From contig OX597819.1 in the NCBI GenBank assembly GCA_951406725.2, positions 78,802,001 to 78,866,000 of the forward strand: DNA of 64,000 bases, in the 5' to 3' direction. Source of the DNA: Octopus vulgaris (taxonomy: Eukaryota). Below, in pieces: positions 36,771 to 50,935 of this stretch (positions within the stretch are counted from its first letter, which is position 1; each line of letters begins with the position of its first letter). The translations under genes and the position numbers were made by a program. Below the pieces are notes generated by a model that saw only the letters and a program-made list of their open reading frames with translations, had not been told where the DNA came from and did not search any database.

Positions 36771-38648
36771 GAATGTATGTATTACTTGCTATCTCTTGCA
36801 TCCGCCACGGAATCACTTGGTAAGTTGTGGCTGCAGTTTTGTTCATTTGCTTAATGGAGCAGGTTACGGTGTGTATGTAAATCATTTTTCTGTTTGATTT
36901 ACTTGCTATAGTAACAGTGGTCACCTCACACTCTCACCCACTCGCCCACCCTACTCTCACTTGCAGCATCCTTAAAACATCTTCTTTTTCTCTGTCTTTC
37001 TTACCATTTTTAAGTTTGTTTTTTTTTTGTTTTTTTTTATTATTATTATTATTATATGCATTATTGCTGTTAATGCAATCCTCATCCTTGTCATCATCAC
37101 TTTTATTGCTATGGCCTTGTGCCAATGTAAAAGGAAAAAAAAACAAAACACTATTATCATCATCATCGTCATCATCATCGTCATCATCATTATTTGTTTA
37201 GTTTTTTTTTAACTCACAATTCCTTCCATTTTTTTAAACTCTTAACTTTGCGTTACCCATTCCCATCTTTAATAATTCAGTGTGTGTATGTATGTATGTG
37301 TGTACTTGTTTATATATATGTGTGTGTTTATGTGTATGTTTATTGCTTTCTATGTTTTATTTATTAACTTTTATTTTGTTGTCTTAGCCTTCCCCCCCAC
37401 ACACTCTCTATCCAAGATCTTTCTTTCAAACAAAACTCTTTCTATGACACTAACCACCTTCTGATATTGCGTTTTTTTTTTTTTTTTTCTGTTCTTAAAC
37501 GTTGTTTTCCCTTTCATTATCATTTAATTCCTATATATACATACAACCGAGACTTCTGGTGGTTTGTTGCGCTTGAGCAGACACATCAAGCTAAGTAATG
37601 TCGTGACTGTCCTTGCATGCAGGCATGTCCCCCTACATCCCTTTTCAGCCAAGTGATTCTGATATTGCAGGCTAGTGGGTGCTGGTGCCATGTAAAAGCA
37701 CCTAACACACTCTGTAAAATGGTTAGCATCAGGAAGGGTATCTAGCTGTAGAAACCATGCCAAAACAGACAAGGAGCTTGGACAGGTCTTCAGCTGGCCA
37801 GCCCCTATCAAGCTGTTCATCCCATGCCAGAACGAATAATGGACATTAAATGATGATGATGATGATAATATAAGTGTCATTGCTATCATCGTTTTTAATG
37901 CTCACTTTTCCATGCTTGCATGGGTCGGACAGACGTCATTGAGGCAGATCTGCTACAGCTGGGTGTCCTTTCTCTCGCCATCTATCACCTGTTTGCAAGT
38001 AAGGTGATATTTGCACAGAAGATTAGAAACAAAGAACATTACTTGTATGAAATTTATTTATGACTATCACATGAAAGCAAGACAAGCAGACATTAAAACA
38101 CACACACATGTTTAGGTTTTAGATGGGCTTCAGTGAGTTTCTATTTTTCCATCTGCTAAATCTGCTCACAAGGCTTTTGTTGTCCTAGGCCTTCAGTAGA
38201 AGACACTTGCCTGAGGTACCATGTGGTGAGACTGAACCAGAAGCTATCTGCTTTAGAAATATGTGTTTATACACACTTATTAGCTACAGTCATTGAATTG
38301 CAGCCTTGCTGAGATATCACTATATTACAGGAATGTAAACAAATCAACACCGGTTGCCAAATGAGTGGCAGTGGGGATGGGGCACTATCAAGGACTATCA
38401 AGGACACAAAAAAAAAAAAAGCCAAATAAGTACTTGAGTTGATTTGTTTGAATAAACCTGTAAAGGCAGCGTCCCCAACCTGGCTGCAGTCCAATGACTG
38501 GAACAAGTAGAAGATAAAAATATAAACAAAGATTATGTTTCTACCCATGTTTGTCTATGTATTAACTTTTCATGTCTCTTTTATTCATCTATTTCTCTCT
38601 TACACACACACACACACACATATATATTAATGTTTGTTTTTATGTTCA

Positions 38649-39044
38649 TCTTTATATATAAAAGTGAAGTTGTGTGTCTGTCTCCTACGATTTAGATTCC
38701 TAACTACCACATTTTGCGGTGCAGTTTAACCAAAACCGAGTATCTTATAGTCATGATTCATATCGAGCCCTTCTGGGTATTAGCGCGCGTCTACGATGAG
38801 TCTACGATTTTAAAAATAATTTACCATCATTTTTTTCCATTTTAATGCATTTTTTCGCTATTATATAAGGGAAGCAACTCTCTAAAAATGTCTACGATGA
38901 GTCAACGATTTAAAAAAAAGTTTACCATTATTTTTTTCCCATTTTTAATGCATTTTTTTTGCTATTTTTTGGCTATAACTCTCTAAAAATGCTTATATAG
39001 TTATTTCCCTTACAAACCCAAGCAACGCCGGGTGATACTGCTAG
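38649..39044 (+). mobile_element. Complete non-autonomous Helitron
   Basis: Inserted between A (38648) and T (39045). It starts TC and ends with hairpin acccaagcaacgccgggt then CTAG. The ctacgatgagtc...aatgcatttttt block is duplicated internally. Confidence 0.85.
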
Positions 39045-39139
39045 TTTATAATAAAAACAATTCTACGTTAATCTGATTGGTTACTTTAAACTTTTCTACT
39101 GTCCAGATTTATTATTCTTATTGCAAGGATGTTGTTAAC

Positions 39140-39200
39140 AGTGACTTCGAAGTTCCAGCCAGCTGATGATGGCTTAGCTGGCCGAAACTTCAAAGTCACT
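39140..39200 (+). ncRNA. Hammerhead core lacking stem I, inside a 25-bp inverted repeat (Penelope-like fragment)
   Basis: CUGAUGA at 39163-39169, stem II ggct/ggcc, GAAA at 39184-39187, near-palindromic stem III ACUU-CA-AAGU, GUC ending 39197. Arms 39140-39164 and 39176-39200. Confidence 0.55.
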
Positions 39201-39545
39201 CTCAGGAATATCCTTATATAAGAATGATAAATATAGCAGTGCAGGCATGGCTGTGTGATAAGAAGCTTGTTTCCCAACCACATGGTTCTGGGTTCAGTCT
39301 CACTGCATGGCACCTTGGGCAAATGTCTTCTACTGTAGCTTTGGGCTGACCAAAGCCTTCTGAGTGGATTTGGTATATAGAAACTGAAAGAAATATATAT
39401 CAATTAGAAAAAAAAACACCTTTTATCAATTAAATAATGAAAAATTGAATTATACCATTTAGAAAAATGACATCTTATAGAAAGATTAAATATAAGATAA
39501 AACATATAACAATGATTAAGTAAAGTGCAAAATAATAAATAAAAC

Positions 39546-39599
<54 letters not shown>

Positions 39600-40160
39600 T
39601 TTGTGAAATTTGGTTTAGTATTTCTAAATCGAATTTTTCCCTGTAAGTTTGGAATAATATTCCCTCATATTATTATTATATATATATGTATATATATACA
39701 CACACTCACACACATCTATGTGTATGTGTCTGTGTGTCTACGTCCCCCCCCCCCCCCATTGCTTAACAACTGGTGTGTTTGTATCTCCCGTCACTTAGCA
39801 GTTTGGCAAAAGAGACTGCTAGAATAAGTACTCGGCATAAAAAAAAATTAGTCCTTGGGTCGATTTGTTCAACTAAAACTCTCCAGGCTGGTGCTCCAGC
39901 ATGGCTGCAGTCAAATGACTGAAATAAGTAAAAGATAAAAGATGCATGTGTGTGTGTTTGTGGGTGTTAAGATTTCTCTTTCACTGTAATAATGAATTAA
40001 CTCCTCCACTTCCCTTCTCTATGCAGAAACACTCATGCCTTCCACTATTCTCTAATCTGGCTTCCCACCACTTTCCCATATCATTGGTTGTACATGAATC
40101 CTGACTGATCTGCTTTGAGTTATGATGTGTTTTGTAATGTGTTTTTGATAGTTTTCTTAC

Positions 40161-40200
40161 CTGAGTGTATGTAGTTGTGGTGCTGCTGTTGTCTGTTTGT
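40161..40200 (-). CDS. 40-nt exon (DKQTTAAPQLHTL)
   Basis: Acceptor acatgcag (weak pyrimidine tract), strong donor CAG|gtaaga. All three frames are open; the phase 1-in / 2-out frame links the upstream exons to the 12-nt exon. Confidence 0.55.
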
Positions 40201-40609
40201 CTGCATGTGTTGTAAAGTGGGATGGTGAGGAGGGGGCATAACAACTTCAAATTCAGCTGTGTAAAGCTATTGAAAAAGGATAGGAAAGAGAACATATCCC
40301 TGGGGAAGCTCAAGCTACTGGTTTGGAAGTGTTGGTTGTCTGTGTTATTTATTATATATTGTCTCGAGTCTTTCTTCATTAACGCTCTCTCTCTCTCTCA
40401 TTAATTCTGCCGTCAATTCTTACAGAAAAGTATCACAGGTCAAACTAGGTTATATTTCTTTTCATTTCAAGTCATACTAAGTAAACATAGTCAGGAGAAT
40501 TGGTGAGCTGGTGGTGGTCCACTTTGGCAAAAATCTCTCAGATGAGGAAGCTCTGCCCGAAACATTAGTTTCTTACACAGCAATATGAGCCTATTTACTA
40601 TATACATAT

Positions 40610-40650
<41 letters not shown>

Positions 40651-42417
40651 GACACACAAACTCTCTTTCTCTCTTGCTATCTCTCTTTATCTCTCTCTTC
40701 TCAGTCTGTCTGTCTGTCTCTCTCCCATTTTTTTTTTTTTTGTTGCTGTTAGAAATTATTCCCAATATGGTGACAAGCGAAACTGGCTTGAAATAACTGC
40801 TTAGTGTGTTGGGAGTTACACATGAAACGAAAAGAAAAATATCTACATCTAAGGAGATGATACACAAAGAATCATAAAATGACCATTCCTAGTTTCAAAG
40901 GAATTACGATTACGATAACATCTATCTGGGAAACAGAAAGACTTACTACATTTCCTGGTCCCTTGTCATTTTCTCAGTGAGGCCCAATCATCAAAGATGC
41001 TTTCTCACAATTTCGTCCCACGTCTTCCTGGGTCTACCCCTTCCTCAGGTACCCTCCACAATTAGAGCTCAGCACTTCTTGTATGCAGCTTACATTCTAT
41101 GTTTTAAAAAAATCATATTATATTTTTATAATTAAGTATTATTTAGGAAATAATTGTTAATGTATTTTGTGTATTGTAGAAGTATAACCAATTTATTGCC
41201 AATAAATTTTAACAACAAAATCTTACATGGACCCCCAAGGGTTAGTTGAACCCCAGTTGAAAACCACTACATTCTGCTGTCCCCACTATTGTCTGAACAC
41301 ATTAATATTTCCTCATTGATATCCACATTCTGGTGTGTTACACTGCCAACATTCTTAATGTCCAGTTCACTTAAATATTTATTTATTTCTATCTGCATTA
41401 CCACCGGTCAATCAATTATTCAATCAATTAATCAAATAATTAACCATATCTGAAGCAAAACAAAACAAAACAAAACAAAAGAATGACAACTGGGAAGAAA
41501 GAAATATACAAAAGCTTCTAGCATGTTTTGATGATGGTTTCCTGCAGATGTCTTGGATACTTTGGAATTTCAGAAAAGATTCTATTTTTTCAGAAATCTC
41601 TCAAAGAAGAAACTGATGAGAAATACAATATAAACCAAATACATATTTAAAAAAAAACCCCAAAAAAACCCCACTAGGATAAAAACTTAAACTGTATTTT
41701 ATTAACAGTTGTTACTGTTGTTTTTGAGATGGTGAGCTGAGATAAATTGTTAGTGGTACCAGACATAATGACTTGCTATATTTCTTCTGATTCCTTACAT
41801 TCTGGGCTCAAATTACACTGGGGTTGACTTTGTCTTTTGTCATTTCAAGATCAATAAAATAAATACTGGTTCACTTCTGGGTGGGGGTCAATGTGACTGA
41901 CTACCCCAATACCACCACCACCTGCCCCACCCAAAATTGCTGGCCTTGTACCAAAAGCTGAAACCATTGTTATTATTGGTGCTGTTACTATTATTTAAAT
42001 GTTTTTGATGATTTTCAGTTAGTTAGGGGTAGATTTTTTCTAGCCTCAGTTCAAAGACTGATTCTGTGTAAGGTGAGAGCATATTTAGTATTTTCTTGTG
42101 AAGAATACACTGACCTTTATATAACTAAATTTGTACAAATAAACATTGTCATAACTATTGTTTTTTCATGCAGATGAAGTCACTAAGTAATTTATATTCA
42201 TTACATTTTATATTCTAGCTTCCTTTGCTCATCAGTTTAGTAATTTATATCCTTAATTTATATTCTAGTTTTCTATGCTAGTCAATGTGGAATCATGTAT
42301 ATTTACTTAGTGATTCTTGTGTTACTACTTTGGCAGGTATGGTAAAGTGTTTTCTTCTCTGATGAGGTCATAATAATACTAAAACCTACCAAGAATTGTC
42401 TCCCATATTTGCTGAAA

Positions 42418-42730
42418 CATGGCTGTGTGGTAAGAAGCTTGATTCTCAACCACATGGTTCTGGGTTCAGTTCCACTGCATGGCACCTTGGGCGAGTGTCT
42501 TCTACTATAACCTTAGGCTGACCAAAGCCTTATCGGTGGATTTGTTAGACAGAAACTAAAAGAAGCCTATTGTGTGTGTCTGTCTCTACCACCATCGCTT
42601 GACAACTGATGTTGGTGTGTTTATGTCCCCATAACTTAGCGGTTCAACAAAATAGACCGAGTGAATAAGTACTAGGCTTACAAAGAATAAATCCTAGGGT
42701 TGATTTCTTCCACTAAATCAAATAAAAGAA
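42418..42730 (+). mobile_element. SINE family A
   Basis: Family A head, CORE-like block and tail. Confidence 0.85.
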
Positions 42731-44839
42731 TAAAAGAAAAACTTATTAGTTGCTTTAATTTTTTTGGTTTTCCTCCCCCTCCTCTTCCCCTGAACTTTAC
42801 TGTCTTGAGTCCTAAGGCTCACCGAGCCAGCTACCTGGTTACCTTGATGTGTAAATGACTGAGATCACCCCCCTCAGTGGGATGCCAGCCTGTCATAGGG
42901 TTACTCACTCATTTATAGCTAAGTGAACTGGAACAACTTGAAATGAAATGTTTTGCTCAACAACACAACACAACACATCACCGAATGATTCCCAACCACA
43001 TGGTTCTGGTTTCAGTCCCACTGCATGGCAGTGAAACCATATCCCTGTGATCAACAGTGCAACACATTACTACCAGGTTGCATAATTATTTCCTCATAAC
43101 ACATTTGAATGCTGCCACCAGTAAAATTGTTTTCTGTTATTTCATAATATTGACGCTACAAATGACATTTCTCCACCTTTGTACCTTTTCTTTATTATTA
43201 ACCCTTTGATCTTTCAAGTTTTCTTGTTTTCCAAAATCTCTCAGATTGGGCTCTTAACTCTTTCTGACAGAAAGAGACTATGTATACCAGGGTACAGCAT
43301 ATGTTTTTTTTTTTTGTTTTTTTTAAAAATATTTTCTAGATATTCACTGCATCCTCTTCACTTCCAGTCTCTGATTGTCTTTCACACTCTGGCACACTTA
43401 ACCAATCCTCTCATCAACCCTTCCTCTTCCGCATTCCTCTCTCTTATATTCAAAGGTGCACCCTCATCACTCTCCCCCACTTCCCCCCGCATCTGTCTGT
43501 CTATCTCTCTCTCTCTCTCTCTCTCTAGGGGAGAGTATTCATTTCTTCAGCAAGACACCTGTTCCTGCCCCTTTGTTATAATTTCACCTCCTCCAATACT
43601 TTTCTTGCAAGTTATTTGGTGACCTCACTAGTGTTGGTGCTATGTAAAAACTACTTAGTACACTCGATTATAGGTAAGTTCACTACCATCAATTTGCTAC
43701 AGGGAAAGTTCACTCTGAGGAAAGTTTACTGAGAAAATATATTCATAGTATTTCTTGCTGTTAATACTTAAAAGCTATTTTATTGAAAAAAAAAAAAAAA
43801 TGCTGAGTTGATGATGGAGAATTTTCCCTGTGGTGAAATGAGGACAGTGAACTTAGCAGACATGCAGTACACTCTGCTGTGGTTGTGGTTGGTATTAGGT
43901 GAGCAAACCACATCAAAGCAGACATTGAATCTCAGCACAACCCTCTGGCTCATCAGTGTCTGTCAAACCATCCAACCCATACCAGCATGGAAAAAGGGAC
44001 GTTAAATGATTATGATGATGATAATCAAAAATTTATCAGTTGCTCTTTAGTCAGAAGATATGAAGTAAGATAATCTAATCCATACATAAGCCATCATTTT
44101 TTCTGGACAGTGTATTTAGGGCTACATTATACAGGTTTTTTGTTTTTTTTCCTTCAAAGTATAATGTGGGATTTGAAGGGAATTTCACATTTAATTTTAG
44201 CAGGTCAAAACTTTTTTTCTTTCCTGGATGTATTGTTGTAATAACTTAAAGGGTTTTTTTTGTATAAAATCCATAAAGGTTTTTATGCATAAAAAAGAAT
44301 TTTGCTAACCAATATCTTGGCTCTATGATTTATATTAGAGAAGTAATTTTATTTAAGGTATTAATTTCAAGAAGATCATTTTCAAATGGGTTCTTTTGGA
44401 TCACTTGGGACCAGAGGTAACCTCAGATGTGTTAGTACTAAAAATATTCAGCAGCCATGTTGAATCTTTTTATGTGGGGACTCATTTGAGATTAGCTTGG
44501 TAGGATCAGCTCATTTTAAACCTTATCCTTACCTACTAGTCTCAGAGGAGCTACGAAGGTCACCACCAATATGCAGCTACTCCGCCTGACTAAACTAAAC
44601 TACAAACAAAAGAATATGTTTTCACCAAACTTCTTTTCTCCATCATGTATTTCTTTCCCTCTCCCTCTCTCTGTCTGTCTGTCTGTCAGTCTCTCTCTCT
44701 CTCTCTGATATGGGAGACTTAAAAAGGTGAGTGGAGGAGTGACAGATGTGCATGCACACACAAAAAGAAAATACAAATAAAGGTAGAATAGTAACAAATA
44801 AAATAGAAACAAAAACAAGGTTGGAGAAAGCTCTATTAC

Positions 44840-44867
44840 CTTTTGCAGTCTGTATCCATTTCTGCAT
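44840..44867 (-). CDS. Candidate alternative first coding exon (MQKWIQTAK)
   Basis: The ATG is preceded by an in-frame TAG, and the donor AAG|gtaata is phase 1. A unique CpG-containing stretch upstream (44915-44990) looks like 5' UTR or promoter. Confidence 0.45.
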
Positions 44868-46508
44868 CTATCAATCAGTAACCAGTTTCTGACATCTGCT
44901 CTCACAATGTTTGTGTAATCGCCGCCACCACTTCTTAGGCACTAATCGCATCACCCGACACCGCTGCCCTCGCCCTGCCGCCCATAGCCTCTCCACATCA
45001 TTTCCCCATAAGTGCCTATATCATATCAATCTTCTTAACTGTAAGAAACTTTTTAAATATGAAGCCTTCAGACAGTTATACCTCACTCTACTGAAACCCA
45101 CTCAGCTGTGATCTCTCCCTCTGTATCTATCTATCTATCTACATAACTATTTGTCTGTCTATCTATCTATCCTCTCACCCTTCTGGCTATCACTTATTTC
45201 AGTTATAATGGTCTGCATTTATTTCTTAGCTGTTGTTGTTCCTCTATCTATCTCTGTTGTATGAAGATATGTTCTCACAATCAACTTGTCACACCTGTTC
45301 TGAAGGATGGAATATATTTTCCATATGTGTGTACCTATGTGTGTATGTGTGCACAAGGGTAAATTGACTCAACCACATTTCTTTTGATCTCTACTTTGCA
45401 ATGTGTGTATGCATGTGCTCGTGCCCGTGTGCATGCATGAGAACGTATGTTGTGGATGATAGGAGAATGACCAATCTCCATTTGTAGTGTTATTCCACTC
45501 CTCTTCAGCATATAGTTATATTTCGGTTCTTACTTTTGGTTTCCAATCATTTGTCTAATGAATTGTTCAGTATGTCAGTATGCTTGAAAAATCCAGTGTG
45601 GTTGTTGTTGTTATTGTTACTGTTGTTTAGTTCCACCTCAGCCTTGATAAAAGGGATCCAAGATCGAAGGCATTCCGGCTATGACCATCTTAAAAATTAA
45701 GGGCTTCATTCTCCAGTGTATTCTTCCTATTTCTTTACTGCCCACAAGGGGCTATACACAGAGGGGACTAACAAGGACAGGCAAACGGATCAAGTGGATT
45801 ATATCAACCCCAGTGCGTAACTGGTACTTATTTAACCGACCCCGAAAAGATGAAAGGCAAAGTCGACCTTGGCAGAATTTGAACTCAGAACGTAATGGTA
45901 GACAACATACTGCTAAGCATTTTGCCTGGCGTGCTTATGTTTTTGCCAGCTCTTTAGTGTAGTCTTCTAGTATCATCGTCATCTGTTCCGTATTTGCATA
46001 GCTTCGATAAGTTTAAACTGCTAGTTGATTATCATAATCATTATTTAACGTCTGTTTTCCTTGATGGCATGGGTTGGACAGTCTGACAGGAGCTGACCAA
46101 GTGAAGAGTTCCGTGTCTGCTTTTGACATGGTTTCTACGGCTGGATGCCCTTAATGCCAACTACTTTACAGAGTGTATTGGGTGCTTTTATGTGGTACTG
46201 GCTTGGATGCTTTTTACATGGTCCCAGCACCCATGAGCCCATAAGATGTGGATTGCTCAGCTGAAGAGAGACGTAGGGGGCGTGCCTGTATGCAAGGACA
46301 ACGATGATTTTACTTAGCTTGGTATGGCTTCTCAAGCACAGCAAACTGCCAGAAGTCTCGGTCCTCCGTGAGGCCCAGTATCAACATTCAACTATTCCTT
46401 TCTTGCAACTATCCAGTCTTGTACTTAAATCAAAAATCTTGGTGAATTGGCAGAATCATTCATATGAGGCTTAGAGAAAATACTTTGTGCTAGAATTTGT
46501 TCTGGTTC

Positions 46509-47040
46509 TTGACTCGTTAGCATTCTGGTTACTCTATCAAACATGATGCTTCTTCATCATCATCATCATCAGCATCGTTTAGCGTCCGTTTTCCATGCTA
46601 GCATGGGTTGGACGGTTCTACTGGGGTCTGTGAAGCCAGAAGGCTTCATCAGGCCCAGTCAAATCTGGCAGTGTTTCTACGGCTGGATGCCCTTCCTAAC
46701 GCCAACCACTCCGTGAGTGTAGTGGGTGCTTTTTACGTGCCACCCGCACAGGTGCCAGACAGAGCTGGCAAACGGCCACGAACGGATGGTGCTTTTTATG
46801 TGCCACCGGCACAAGGGCCAGGCGAGGCTGGCAACGGACCGAGGGCTAGGCGAATTCACATTATTTTGAATTAATCATGCATTATCTTGAAACTTCGAGA
46901 TGATGATGATGATGTGATTGTTTATTTTTAGAATAACATTGTAGGGTATTTGTGAGGGGCCAGATATGGCCAGTTGTTTTAACATAAAATAAGAGGAATA
47001 TTTGGGTCAGATATGGCTGGTTTGAATGCTAAAGGGTTAA
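46509..47040. mobile_element. piggyBac-like MITE split by a family-C SINE (46555-46850, minus)
   Basis: Degenerate left end ttgactcgttagcattc and right end aatgctaaagggttaa, with the SINE between them. Confidence 0.65.
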
Positions 47041-47999
47041 TATCAGAATTGGATACTAGTTAACTTTGTAAAATATAATTAAAGTAACTTATCTCAAGTG
47101 GAAATATTCTGTTGTATCAGACCACTGTTGCTACAACACTAAACTGTATAACACATTATAGAGCTGGTTATTTCTTCTTCTTGCTCTCTCTCTCTTCTCT
47201 CTCACTCTCTTCTCTCTCACTCTCTTCTCTCTCTCTCTACACACACACACACACAGCTTGCCTTTTTTTAATACTTGTTTTAGTCACTGAAGTGTGTCCA
47301 TGCTAGGTCACCACTTCAAAAGGTTGAGTTGGACAAAATGACCCCCAGTAGTTATTTTTAAGCATGGCACATATTCTATCAGTCTGTTTTTGCTAAACCT
47401 CTAAGTTAGGGGTATGTAAAGAAACCACCACCGGTTAGACAATTAACTCACCCCAAGCACTTCATTGTTATTCTGTTTTGTCAACTATGGAGGGATGAAA
47501 AGTGAAGTTGAACTGAGAAGTATTTGAACTCACAACATACTGATTCACAACTAAATACAGTGAGACATTCGGTTTATCGCTTGACCGATTCTGCCATTGT
47601 TATGGTGTAAATGCTAAATGTTTGTTCATAAACATTGATCACTTTGTATATATAATTTTATCATCTCTTTACCGTTGCATCATGTTATCATCAACATCAC
47701 CACCACCACCATAAACATCATCTTCATCATCATCATTATAATCATCATACTTTTATGATTGTAATTCTGTGTGCTGTATCTGAAAAGTCAGTATCAACTC
47801 AGAAAGGCTTTGCAGCCCGCTCTTTATCGGCTCTCACCCCTCGCTCTATCCCTCTCTATAAGTGAAAGCTATGAAATTAAATTATATTTCTGTCTAAATA
47901 CATATTCCTTGTGTATGCACAAACACACACACACACGATGTGATCTCACAAACTTGTCCCTCTCCTTCTGTATGTTTGTATAGATAGATATAGATATAT

Positions 48000-48118
48000 A
48001 TATTAGTATGTATAAGTGTGTGTGTGTGTATATGTATGTATAAGTGTGTGTGTGTGTGTGTATGTATGTATATGTGTGTGTGTGTGTATATATATGTGTG
48101 TGTGTGTGTGTATATATA

Positions 48119-48191
<73 letters not shown>

Positions 48192-48380
48192 ATACGTGTG
48201 TGTGTGTGTATATGTGTATGTGTATATATGTGTGTGTGTGTGTATTTATATATATGTGTGTGTGTGTGTATATATATGTGTGTGTATGTGTATGTGTATA
48301 TATGTGTGTGTGTGTATTTATATATATGTGTGTGTGTATATATATATGGATATATGTGTATGTATACACCTATACACACA
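48000..48380. repeat. Compound (TG)n/(TA)n microsatellite
   Basis: Direct observation. Confidence 0.95.
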
Positions 48381-48616
48381 CTAATGAACACATCTTGCCC
48401 CACCATATATACACACACCCATTATGAATGGGTGATCTATCTCTATGGCTTGCTCATCATTCTGCTGAAAAGCCCATGACAGTGCCTAAAACCACCCTCC
48501 ACTGGTGATTTTTGCCGCAGATAAAAGGATTAAAGTGTACCAGACATAAATATATCCAGTCATTGGTTTCTCTTACACAACAGAGAGATAAGCTGAAGTC
48601 TTGTCTCATCGCTTAC

Positions 48617-48674
48617 TCTGCAAGAAGCCCGTCGGCTGGTTTCCTTCTGATTTTCGCTTCAGATAGCTGCACAT
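48617..48674 (-). CDS. Candidate alternative first coding exon (MCSYLKRKSEGNQPTGFLQ)
   Basis: gcgATG with an in-frame upstream TAA, donor A|gtaagc in phase 1, and a possible acceptor cccattacag at 48778. The sequence is unique and contains CpGs. Confidence 0.5.
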
Positions 48675-48819
48675 CGCAGTTAGATTATATAAACTGAACT
48701 TCTGTCCGCTACTGCTCCTGTCTCGTTATCTCTTAGATTCCAAACAACAACAGCAGCAGCAACAGCGACAGCAACATCTGTAATGGGCAACAACAAGACG
48801 GACTGCTTTCTTATTATGA

Positions 48820-48852
<33 letters not shown>

Positions 48853-50139
48853 TATACATACATGCACACACACATATACATACATGCCATATTTTCAATA
48901 TGTAAAATAGGCAACTGGTGCCATGTTTCAGTATGCCTGTGTCTTCTTGTTTTGATGTGTGTGTATGAGTGAGTGAGTGAGTGTGTGTGTGTGTATAAAT
49001 ATATATATATATATATATTTATGTATACATACATACACACACACATCATTTTGATGTGTCTATGTTTGAATACATATGTACATGTTTATGCACACACGTG
49101 TTTATATATGCATTATGTATATGCATATGCATAACCAGTCGGTCACACACACACACACACACACAGTGTATGGGAACAAATGTCTAAAAAAAAATAATGC
49201 ATTCCAAAAACATTAAATCCTTATAAAATGATTATATACATCTAATGTACATACTCAGACATTGTGTTCTTATATATATACATATATATATATATATGAG
49301 AATTTGTTTGGAGCAATTCACTTCTTTCCATATATATATATGTATATAGACACACACACACACACACTTTCTCTCTCTCTCATATATATATATTAGTGTA
49401 TGAATGTATATATGTATATATATATATATATACATATCTAGATATATATTTACACTCACACACAGTGCTAGTTTGAAAGATAAAAATAAATAAACATAAC
49501 TCCATGTCAAATCCAGAAATATTGAGTTAAGCTACCCAGATTATGGTGACAAGTAATAAAGTATTGAGAATGGAGCCAGAAGTATAATGTCTTATTGTCT
49601 ACTAATTTCGATGGTGTTGTGGGAGTAGAGAGAAGCAGAAGAGGAGGGGACATGTGGTTGATGGTGGTGATGCTACTATTTGATTGTTGGGTGTTAGGGT
49701 GGTGTTCTTTTTTTTATTATTTTATTTATTTTTTTCTTTCTGTTTTTTGTTTTTGGTCTTTTATTCTTAAATAATGTTTGTGACTAAAATATGTTGCATT
49801 GGTTAGAATTATACATTTCTAAGCCATTCCGATGTGATTTCTGAGAGGATCGTTGTATTTGGTGGTGCTGTTGGATGCAGTGAGGGTATAGGTGGTGTTG
49901 GTGGGACTAATGGTCCTTGTTGTTTAACCCTAGGTCGATCCTGATCAAGTAGGCCTATGATCAACAAGATTAAAGACATGACTGCTGTTATCATCATCAT
50001 CATCGTTTAGCGTCTGCTTTCCATGCTAGCATGGGTTGGATGGTTCAACTGGGGTCTGGGAAGCCAGAAGGCTGCACCAGTCCCAGTCTGATCTGGCAAT
50101 GTTTCTAAGGCTGGATGCCCTTCCTAACGCCTATCATCA

Positions 50140-50176
<37 letters not shown>

Positions 50177-50179
50177 GGT

Positions 50180-50408
50180 TAAGGTGGCAAGCTGGCTGAA
50201 TCGTTAGCATACTCGACAGAATGCTTAGCTGTATTTTGCCAGTCGCAACATTCTGAGTTCAAATTCCACTGAGGTCATTTTTGCCTTTCATCCTTTTGTG
50301 GTTGATGAAATAGGTACCATTTGAGTACTGGGGTCGATGTAATTGACTAACCTCCTCTCTTCAAATATCAGGCCTTGTGCCTCCAGTAGAAAGGATTATT
50401 ATTATTAT
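50180..50408 (+). mobile_element. SINE family B (Nin/Deu-like), full length
   Basis: ggtggcaagctggc head, gagttcaaattcc B box, gcctttcatcc core and (ATT)n tail. Confidence 0.8.
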
Positions 50409-50901
50409 GGCTGGGTTCCAACCTGAGTTGCAGCAACAAAGTCTACCTGTCACACTTCTCAGTCCATCATCACTACCCCGAGGTTCTGGATACATTCCTG
50501 GCCCATGTCTATAATCTAGTTGTCGATGTAAGTGTGATGACCATTTCCTCATCTTACATCACCATGAAGTGGGTTCCACAGGACTAATTTGGATGCCTCC
50601 ACTCCAGGGTGGCACACGCAGTGACCAGATAGTTGCAACCATCTTTGCTTGAACTGTTTTGAACTAGGTTCCACAATTAAGGGAAAAAATTAACCTTTTT
50701 TTCCCCCAATGATTAAGAGTTTATTTCTTCAGATTCCTGAGTTTCTTTCCATAGTTTGAGGGCACTTTCCAAAAGAATGTTTATTAGCATGGCACATATC
50801 TTGGGCAAGTGTCTTCTAATATAGCCTCAGGTCAACCAAAGCCTTGTGAGTGGATTTGGTTGATGGAAACTAAAAGAAGCCCCTTGTGTGTGTGTGTGTG
50901 T

Positions 50902-50935
<34 letters not shown>

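Noticed and set aside
36771-36850. Exon-like island with a plus-strand gtaagt donor and a minus-strand gtaata donor
   Set aside because: The strand is ambiguous and both acceptors are weak; left unresolved.
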